A stretch of 32,000 bases of DNA from an archaeon (GTDB taxonomy: Archaea; Iainarchaeota; Iainarchaeia; Iainarchaeales; CSSED10-239): assembly GCA_035390665.1 (NCBI GenBank), contig DAOOUC010000001.1:108634-140633 (forward strand). Reading direction: 5' to 3'. The notes under the pieces are model-generated. The model worked only from the letters and a program-made list of their open reading frames with translations. It was not told the DNA's origin and ran no database searches. Positions 26,800 through 32,000 of this stretch are shown here, piece after piece. The position numbers and the translations under genes are program-made. Within the stretch, counting starts at the first letter, position 1; each line of letters begins with the position of its first letter.

Positions 26800-27276
26800 A
26801 TGTTTAAGATAAATACAAATAAAGGTGTTTCTCCATTAATTGCTACAATTTTACTTGTAGCTGTATCTTTATCTCTTGCAGGAATATTATATTCTTGGGC
26901 ATCTCAAAATGCAGGAGATACAGTAAATAGTGTTACAGAAACATCTAAAAAGTGGGATTATTGTAAAGGTATAACCCTAAATATGGAATATGGGTGTAGA
27001 TACGATTCTACAACCGGAATAAGTTTTATACTTTATGATAATTCAACAGTTGATTTTGATGAAAATATTATAATTAATATTATTGATGCTAATAACAATA
27101 TAGGAACAGCAACAGTTACACCAAATTTTCAAGGGCGTGCAATGGTAATTAATAATACAGTATATTCAGAATCTGAGACCCAGCCTCTAACAGATCTTAC
27201 AGAACCATTACAACTTGTTAAAGTATACATGAATGGGTGTCCAGATAGAACAGCACAGACAAGAAGCTGTGATTAA
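26800..27276 (+). CDS. archaeal type IV pilin-like protein, paralog 1 (Pilin_N / class III signal peptide)
   Basis: MFKINTNKG-VSPLIATILLVAVSLSLAGIL. Four Cys: C-x10-C after the helix and C-P-x8-C next to the C-terminus. Confidence 0.75.
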   Translation: MFKINTNKGVSPLIATILLVAVSLSLAGILYSWASQNAGDTVNSVTETSKKWDYCKGITLNMEYGCRYDSTTGISFILYDNSTVDFDENIIINIIDANNNIGTATVTPNFQGRAMVINNTVYSESETQPLTDLTEPLQLVKVYMNGCPDRTAQTRSCD

Positions 27277-27287
27277 TTTTTATAAAA

Positions 27288-27292
27288 GGAGG
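27288..27292 (+). promoter_or_regulatory. Shine-Dalgarno sequence (GGAGG) for pilin paralog 2
   Basis: AAAGGAGGAAATTAAA-ATG, with 8 nt spacing to the ATG at 27301. Confidence 0.6.
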
Positions 27293-27300
27293 AAATTAAA

Positions 27301-27780
27301 ATGAATAAGAAAGCTTTAGAACCATTAATTGCAACAATACTTTTAATCGTTGTTGCAGTAATTTTGGTAACAATAGTTCTTGCATGGGGTAAGAACTTTT
27401 CAACAGAAGGATTAAATAAAACAAATGATGTTTTAAATGATGATTGTGCTGGCGCACAACTTGCAATTTCAGATTGTGAAATAATGAGTGATGGAAATAT
27501 TACATTTCAATTAAAGAATATAGGTCAAAATTATTCTTTTGTTAGTACAGATACATTTAAGATAATGTTATCTCATAATTCTTTAGGTGCAGAAGCCGAA
27601 AAAACATTAACATATGCTGTAGGATCTTTTCCAGGATTAACACCAGGCCAAACAGTTATTGCAAAAGTAGCACCAGTAACTTCAACTTGGACAGATGATG
27701 CAGGAGACGTTATTAATGTAATGGTAAGATCTGGAACATGTCCACAAGCAAGTGTAACAGTTTCAAATTGTCACAGATAA
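27301..27780 (+). CDS. archaeal type IV pilin-like protein, paralog 2
   Basis: MNKKA-LEPLIATILLIVVAVILVTIVLAWGKNFSTEGLNKTNDV. Cys frame DDC-x9-C ... C-P-x8-C-HR. Confidence 0.8.
   Translation: MNKKALEPLIATILLIVVAVILVTIVLAWGKNFSTEGLNKTNDVLNDDCAGAQLAISDCEIMSDGNITFQLKNIGQNYSFVSTDTFKIMLSHNSLGAEAEKTLTYAVGSFPGLTPGQTVIAKVAPVTSTWTDDAGDVINVMVRSGTCPQASVTVSNCHR
27316..27435 (+). repeat. 120-bp direct repeat, copy A (5' constant module of pilin paralogs 2 and 3)
   Basis: By my alignment, 119 of 120 nt are identical to 27823-27942, with a single C/T difference at the 33rd position. Flanking coding sequence is highly diverged. Confidence 0.85.
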
Positions 27781-27789
27781 ATAATTTTA

Positions 27790-27794
27790 GGAGG
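27790..27794 (+). promoter_or_regulatory. Shine-Dalgarno sequence (GGAGG) for pilin paralog 3
   Basis: TTAGGAGGAGAATAAAAT-ATG, with 10 nt spacing to the ATG at 27805. Confidence 0.6.
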
Positions 27795-27804
27795 AGAATA
27801 AAAT

Positions 27805-28278
27805 ATGTTTAAGAAAAAAGGATTAGAACCATTAATTGCAACAATACTTTTAATTGTTGTTGCAGTAATTTTGGTAACAATAGTTCTTGCATGGGGTAAG
27901 AACTTTTCAACAGAAGGATTAAATAAAACAAATGATGTTTTATCAGATGATTGTTCAGCAGCAACAATAAATGTTTCAAATTGTGATTATAATGCAGCAG
28001 CAGGAACAAATGGAACAATTAGTTTCTTGTTAAAAAATACAAGTAGTACCTACTCTTTTGTTGCAGATGATTTTACTGCAAACTATATAGATGACGTAAA
28101 TTCATTAAATAGTGAAATGAGTTCCGTTTTTACTACAACACCAGGCGCAATAACACCAGGCGCAACAGTAATTGTTGCAGATACAGGTGTAAATATTACA
28201 GACACAACAAGAGTAAAAATGCAAGTAAGATCAAAAACCTGTCCAGGTATAGCTTTTACTGAAGTAACCTGTTCATAA
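27805..28278 (+). CDS. archaeal type IV pilin-like protein, paralog 3
   Basis: MFKKKG-LEPLIATILLIVVAVILVTIVLAWGKNFSTEGLNKTNDV. Cys frame DDC-x9-C ... C-P-x8-C-S. Confidence 0.8.
   Translation: MFKKKGLEPLIATILLIVVAVILVTIVLAWGKNFSTEGLNKTNDVLSDDCSAATINVSNCDYNAAAGTNGTISFLLKNTSSTYSFVADDFTANYIDDVNSLNSEMSSVFTTTPGAITPGATVIVADTGVNITDTTRVKMQVRSKTCPGIAFTEVTCS
27823..27942 (+). repeat. 120-bp direct repeat, copy B
   Basis: See copy A at 27316-27435. Confidence 0.85.
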
Positions 28279-28310
28279 ATGGAAATAAAAAAGAAGAAAA
28301 TTGGATAATT

Positions 28311-28790
28311 ATGACTCTAAGAAAAAAAGCAGTTTCGCCAATAATCGCAACCATTCTTTTAGTAGTGATTGCTCTAATATTAGTTGGAATACTTCTATCT
28401 TGGGGTCAAAATTTTATTCAAAGAAGTACTGCTGATGCAGATAACGCAATTGATAGAAAATGTATTGGCGCAGACATTGAATTTAGTGTGTGTGAATATG
28501 TTAGTACATCAGGATCAGAAGCATTAACTTTAATAATTGTTAATACAGGAAAAATAGATTTTAAAGAAGATACAAATCTATCTTTGACAATTATTGATTC
28601 TGAAAATAATCTATTTGAAGCAACTGATGAAACAAATAATCTTTTAGAAGGCGCTGCTTTTGTTAAAGGTGCATCCACACAAAAAGAAATTGATTTGAGT
28701 GTGTCTTCTACAGACTTAGTCGCACCATTTGATGTAACAATAAGAAGTAGTCAATGTCCGACTTTTTTTAAGAAAACCACTTGTAGATAA
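28311..28790 (+). CDS. archaeal type IV pilin-like protein, paralog 4
   Basis: MTLRKKA-VSPIIATILLVVIALILVGILLSWGQNF. Cys frame C-x9-C ... C-P-x7-C-R. Confidence 0.75.
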   Translation: MTLRKKAVSPIIATILLVVIALILVGILLSWGQNFIQRSTADADNAIDRKCIGADIEFSVCEYVSTSGSEALTLIIVNTGKIDFKEDTNLSLTIIDSENNLFEATDETNNLLEGAAFVKGASTQKEIDLSVSSTDLVAPFDVTIRSSQCPTFFKKTTCR

Positions 28791-28792
28791 TT

Positions 28793-29299
28793 TTAGTATT
28801 TTTCTATTTTTATTTTGTGTATGTTTTGTTCTTTGTCAACTATGGCTATAATGTATTTTGTATTAATGGTGTTAGCAAGCCTTTCTGATTTTATTAGTTT
28901 GACAAGATCTTCTTTAGGTTTATGTGATTCTTTAACATCTACAACAAAAACGGTGTGTGTGTGTTCTTTTGTCTTTGATTTATTGTAAATTCTAAAATCA
29001 AATCCAAAAATTAACCCGTCTTTTACAATATAGCCATTTTCTACAAAATCCTTAAATACTAAATATTTATTATCAAAGTTATCTATTTCTTTTAAACAAA
29101 TTTCTTTTAATTTTTCTGTATTAATATTTTTGTTTTTCTCTGTAATTTTAATTTTGTTTTTTTCTAAAAGATAAAGGCTTTCAAATAAATCTAAATAGAA
29201 ATCTAGTCCGTTCTTATGCCCAAAGCCCTTCTGGGATAATTGACTTTTAAGATTATTGTCTTTTACAAGACATTTATTTTTTTCTAATATTACAATCAT
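28793..29299 (-). CDS. endA: tRNA-splicing endonuclease (short homotetramer-type EndA)
   Basis: LSLFESLYLLEKNKI-type N-domain, then GYIVKDGLIFGFDFRIYNKS...HTHTVFVVDV...LVKLIKSERLANTINTKYIIAIVD (catalytic C-domain pattern). The track start at 29308 is GTG; the first ATG is at 29299. Confidence 0.75.
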   Translation of the reverse strand: MIVILEKNKCLVKDNNLKSQLSQKGFGHKNGLDFYLDLFESLYLLEKNKIKITEKNKNINTEKLKEICLKEIDNFDNKYLVFKDFVENGYIVKDGLIFGFDFRIYNKSKTKEHTHTVFVVDVKESHKPKEDLVKLIKSERLANTINTKYIIAIVDKEQNIHKIKIEKY

Positions 29300-29304
29300 A
29301 TTTA

Positions 29305-29592
29305 TCACTTGTATAAAGTAAACATATTTCTATCTATTCCATAAAATAATCCAATTCTAACGCCTGCATCAATCCAACCATAGGCATAAGAATAAGAGGC
29401 AAGAGCTCTAGTAAAATCTTCCTTTTCTTCTAAGACCTTTCCATCGTCAAGATAGTTTTTTGCCATTGAAAGATAGTCGTTTGCCATGTCTTTTAGAAAA
29501 GAATCGTTTTCTATATTTATTTTAATAGTGCCTATTGCTTTTTCTAGAAGCCCTCTATATTTTAAGCAATATTCTTTAACATCTGTATTCAT
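29305..29592 (-). CDS. DUF357-family small archaeal protein
   Basis: ALASYSYAYGWIDAGVRIGL matches the conserved core I recall for DUF357. The ATG at 29592 is preceded by AGAGGT; an alternative ATG lies at 29616. Confidence 0.55.
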   Translation of the reverse strand: MNTDVKEYCLKYRGLLEKAIGTIKINIENDSFLKDMANDYLSMAKNYLDDGKVLEEKEDFTRALASYSYAYGWIDAGVRIGLFYGIDRNMFTLYK

Positions 29593-30307
29593 CAATTGAC
29601 CTCTTTTCAAATTCATTTAGATTTCCGCAAATAATTAAAGATTGCGGATAAGAATTAAATTTTAATTTATTATAGTCTTTAAAATCAAATGTAATTATCT
29701 TTTCATCAATTCCAGAAATCCCACACAATGCTACACAAGTTAGATTTTCAAGATTTTTATTTATATCAATTTCTTCAAGTAATTGACAAGCTTCTAAAAC
29801 ATTCATAAATCTTTTTTCTTCAACCTTTATATCTAAAAGACAAAGAGTGTGGGCTCCAATTTTAAGGTTATCAATAATACAATCATAAAAACTTGTGGGT
29901 TTATAATTTTTCAGTGGATAAACAATACTAGTAGTTTTTCCAAATTTATATTCAAATAATCCTGAGTTGCCTCTATAATTAAATATTGAGATTCCAGATA
30001 TGATTTTTACGTTTAGATTTTTTTGTTTTGCTTCTTCAAGTATTGTATAATGTGTTGTTGCAGAAAAAGGATTGCCAATAACTAAAAGGCAAGAATCATC
30101 CTTTAGAAATTTCATTTCTTGTTCAAGTTCTGTTCTATTAAGTTTTATTATTTTTTTAGAAATTGTTTTTTCAAGTTCATCAACATCTCCATTAGAGAAA
30201 ATATTTGTGTAATTATCAATATAAACTTCTGAACAATTATTGATGGCGTTCATTGCTTCAATAGTTATTTGTTTAGTATTTAATCCTATTCCAATAATAT
30301 AAAACAT
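29576..30307 (-). CDS. dph5: diphthine synthase (Dph5, tetrapyrrole-methylase fold)
   Basis: MFYIIGIGLNTKQITIEAMNAINNCSEVYIDNYTN ... LVIGNPFSATTH ... the archaeal Dph5 pattern. The track start at 30322 is TTG; the first ATG is at 30307. Confidence 0.85.
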   Translation of the reverse strand: MFYIIGIGLNTKQITIEAMNAINNCSEVYIDNYTNIFSNGDVDELEKTISKKIIKLNRTELEQEMKFLKDDSCLLVIGNPFSATTHYTILEEAKQKNLNVKIISGISIFNYRGNSGLFEYKFGKTTSIVYPLKNYKPTSFYDCIIDNLKIGAHTLCLLDIKVEEKRFMNVLEACQLLEEIDINKNLENLTCVALCGISGIDEKIITFDFKDYNKLKFNSYPQSLIICGNLNEFEKRSIDEYRC

Positions 30308-30308
30308 A

Positions 30309-30698
30309 TCAATATACTCCAATCTCTATATATACATTATGATTGGAATTATTAATATACTTTATGGAATTGGACAGTAGTTTTATTTTTGTGGCATTTT
30401 GACAATTTATTTCTTTCTGTGTTTGATTAATTTTTATATATCCGCAAGTATTAGGGAAAAGAGACACAAAATTTTGTTCTAAAATATTAATATTATCAAT
30501 TTGTAAATGTTGAGAAGTAATCAAAAGATCATTAATTTTTTGTATTTTTATTAAATCTAAGTTATTTTCTTGTTCTTGGCCATTGCTTAAATTAAAAACA
30601 AGAATAAAAAAAGCACAAAATAAAAGAGCAAAAATCCCATCAGCACTAAATATTTGACCTTTAACAAAAACTAATTTCTGCGATTTTAAATTCCCCAT
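30309..30698 (-). CDS. small prepilin-like protein (KGQ-type class III signal candidate)
   Basis: MGNLKSQKLVFVKG-QIFSADGIFALLFCAFFILVF, followed by a ~95-aa soluble part. Last of four such genes in a row. Confidence 0.45.
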   Translation of the reverse strand: MGNLKSQKLVFVKGQIFSADGIFALLFCAFFILVFNLSNGQEQENNLDLIKIQKINDLLITSQHLQIDNINILEQNFVSLFPNTCGYIKINQTQKEINCQNATKIKLLSNSIKYINNSNHNVYIEIGVY

Positions 30699-31062
30699 TA
30701 TGGATTACCCCTCTAGTAAATGTTTTTTTTATATCAGGAGATTGATCATAGATTGTATTATTTCCTATTTTTATTCTGCACACATTTTGTTCTTCCAATT
30801 GTGTAAGGATCTTAGTATTTAACTTTATTTCTAAAATATTTTTGTAGCAAAGGCCTTTTCTATTTAGCGGGGTATATGCAAAGAAATCACAATCAGATAC
30901 AAGTTTTTCAACAAATAGTATTTCTTCTAATTCTTTTATATTTTGTTTTGTATTATCATCTTCTATCTTTATTTCATAGACATTATTGATGATTATAAAT
31001 AAAACAAAAATAGTTATTAATGTAAAAAACAAAAGATCAATAATCATTATTTGTCCTTTCAT
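30661..31062 (-). CDS. small prepilin-like protein (KGQ-type class III signal candidate)
   Basis: MKG-QIMIIDLLFFTLITIFVLFIIINN if started at the ATG at 31062. The track start at 31110 is TTG and adds 16 aa. Confidence 0.5.
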   Translation of the reverse strand: MKGQIMIIDLLFFTLITIFVLFIIINNVYEIKIEDDNTKQNIKELEEILFVEKLVSDCDFFAYTPLNRKGLCYKNILEIKLNTKILTQLEEQNVCRIKIGNNTIYDQSPDIKKTFTRGVIHNGEFKIAEISFC

Positions 31063-31243
31063 TTCTAATCCAATTGTGTTCTTTATAGTTTTGTTTAATA
31101 ATCTCATCAATTTTTTTATTAATAATAGGAGAAATCTCTAATTTTTCTTTAAGAATTAAAGCAACATCAATAAAAGTAGAGATAATTAAAATTGCCCCTA
31201 AAAGGCACAATAGAAATTCAATTGTAATTTGGCCTTTATTCAT
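31037..31243 (-). CDS. small prepilin-like protein with a canonical G(-1)/E(+5) class III signal (DUF361/Epd-like)
   Basis: MNKG-QITIEFLLCLLGAILIISTF gives Q-x-T-x-E-x-x-L after the Gly. About 68 aa. The ATG at 31243 overlaps the upstream stop by 8 nt; the track start at 31249 is TTG. Confidence 0.55.
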   Translation of the reverse strand: MNKGQITIEFLLCLLGAILIISTFIDVALILKEKLEISPIINKKIDEIIKQNYKEHNWIRNERTNNDY

Positions 31244-31742
31244 ATACAATCACTTCTACAGAATAATTCTTAGGGAAAGAAAAAACTGTCTTTGAGCAAT
31301 TGGTTGAAAGTTCAAAAGAAAGTTGTTGTGTCTTTGTTATTCCATTTGTTAACGTATATCTTTTAAGTGTAATATTAGGAGCCGGTTTAAGAACAATAGT
31401 TTTTGATATCTTTAGTAATTCAGAATAGCTAATTTCTTTTCTTTGATTTGTTTTTAGGTCTAGTACAAACCAATTTTCAGTTTCTTGACTTTTTAGATAT
31501 GATGCCAATTTTTGATTAATTGTTTGATTAAGAATAATAGGATCATTACTTCCATATTTTAATTCCATCTTGATGTATTCTTCAAAGTTTATAGTTGCAC
31601 TTTGTTTTTTTGTATCTAGTAATTTTATAGATAGTAAGCTATAGTAGTTTTCTCGTTTATTAGATATTATAATACTAAAGAATAAAGAAACAAACAACAA
31701 GACACACACACTTAAAAATCCTTTTTTATTTTTTGAAAGCAT
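31236..31742 (-). CDS. hypothetical N-terminally anchored protein, possible prepilin-like (first gene of the operon)
   Basis: MLSKNKKG-FLSVCVLLFVSLFFSIIISN, then a 140-aa soluble domain. ATG start at 31742. Confidence 0.4.
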   Translation of the reverse strand: MLSKNKKGFLSVCVLLFVSLFFSIIISNKRENYYSLLSIKLLDTKKQSATINFEEYIKMELKYGSNDPIILNQTINQKLASYLKSQETENWFVLDLKTNQRKEISYSELLKISKTIVLKPAPNITLKRYTLTNGITKTQQLSFELSTNCSKTVFSFPKNYSVEVIVYE

Positions 31743-31813
31743 TATTTATAATTTGTATTTTGTTGTTTAATAAAATTGTGCTACAAAAATTTGTGAAATT
31801 GTTAAAAACACAA

Positions 31814-31882
31814 CGCGATTTGGCAAAAAGGGGAAGGAAGAAGTAGTTTTGGTGGTTCTTAACTACTTTCCTTTAAATTGCG
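31814..31882. other. extended imperfect hairpin in non-coding DNA (possible small structured RNA or regulatory element)
   Basis: Outer stem CGCGATTT (31814-31821) pairs with AAATTGCG (31875-31882), including one G-U pair. Inner stem GTAGTT (31843-31848) pairs with AACTAC (31861-31866). GGAAG/TTCC pairing lies between the stems, around a 12-nt loop. Confidence 0.25.
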
Positions 31883-32000
31883 ATTAAGTCTTTTTCAACT
31901 CAAAAATGATTGCTCCTATCTTTTTGAAGTTTTCTTAATCAATATTATATTGTTGTTTTCAAAATAGGGGTCATTTTCGGGGGGGTAGCTGTCCAGTGCG

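Noticed and set aside
31976-32000. tRNA 5' end (GGGGGGG-TA-GCTG...) at the right window edge
   Set aside because: After the putative acceptor stem the sequence lacks A14 and the G18-G19 D-loop signature, and only ~25 nt are visible. It cannot be called a tRNA.
1-32000. CRISPR arrays, transposases/integrases, IS ends, prophage genes, rRNA
   Set aside because: No regularly spaced direct repeats, no recombinase-like ORFs and no rRNA-like GC-rich blocks were found. The only notable DNA repeats are the pilin 5' module and the RCC1 coding repeats.

Overview
Strongly AT-rich, very gene-dense archaeal DNA. Archaeal/eukaryotic-type markers present: ribosomal proteins S3Ae and S15, NAC, Bud32, Orc1/Cdc6, Cdc48, diphthine synthase, tRNA-splicing endonuclease, archaeal SepF. 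The style fits a small-genome, DPANN-like archaeon: short genes, many 4-8 nt overlaps, and recurrent TAA-ATG junctions. Most of the window is informational housekeeping: valS, thiI, mnmA, dus, DRG GTPase, an NPPY methyltransferase, TatD, an S2P protease and a HicBA toxin-antitoxin pair. No rRNA, confident tRNA, CRISPR array, transposase or integrase was seen. The accessory content is a dispersed type IV filament (pilus) gene set with four parts. (1) Two consecutive single-domain T2SS-F platform genes at 25026-26738, a TadB/TadC-like split. (2) Four tandem pilin paralogs at 26800-28790 sharing a four-cysteine frame; two of them share a 120-bp near-identical 5' module. (3) A convergent operon encoding four small KGQ-type prepilin-like proteins at 30309-31742. 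(4) At 12273-13832, the same pilin N-terminal module fused to a complete seven-blade RCC1 beta-propeller, wedged between two tRNA-thiolation genes; this is a candidate filament-displayed adhesin. A second notable unit is a tightly coupled string of an NFACT-R (Rqc2/NEMF C-terminal-like) gene, an unknown gene and Cdc48 at 18017-21728. Several ORF-track starts are TTG/GTG extensions and were trimmed to the first ATG where the junction logic supports it. All family calls rest on motifs read by eye, not on database searches.
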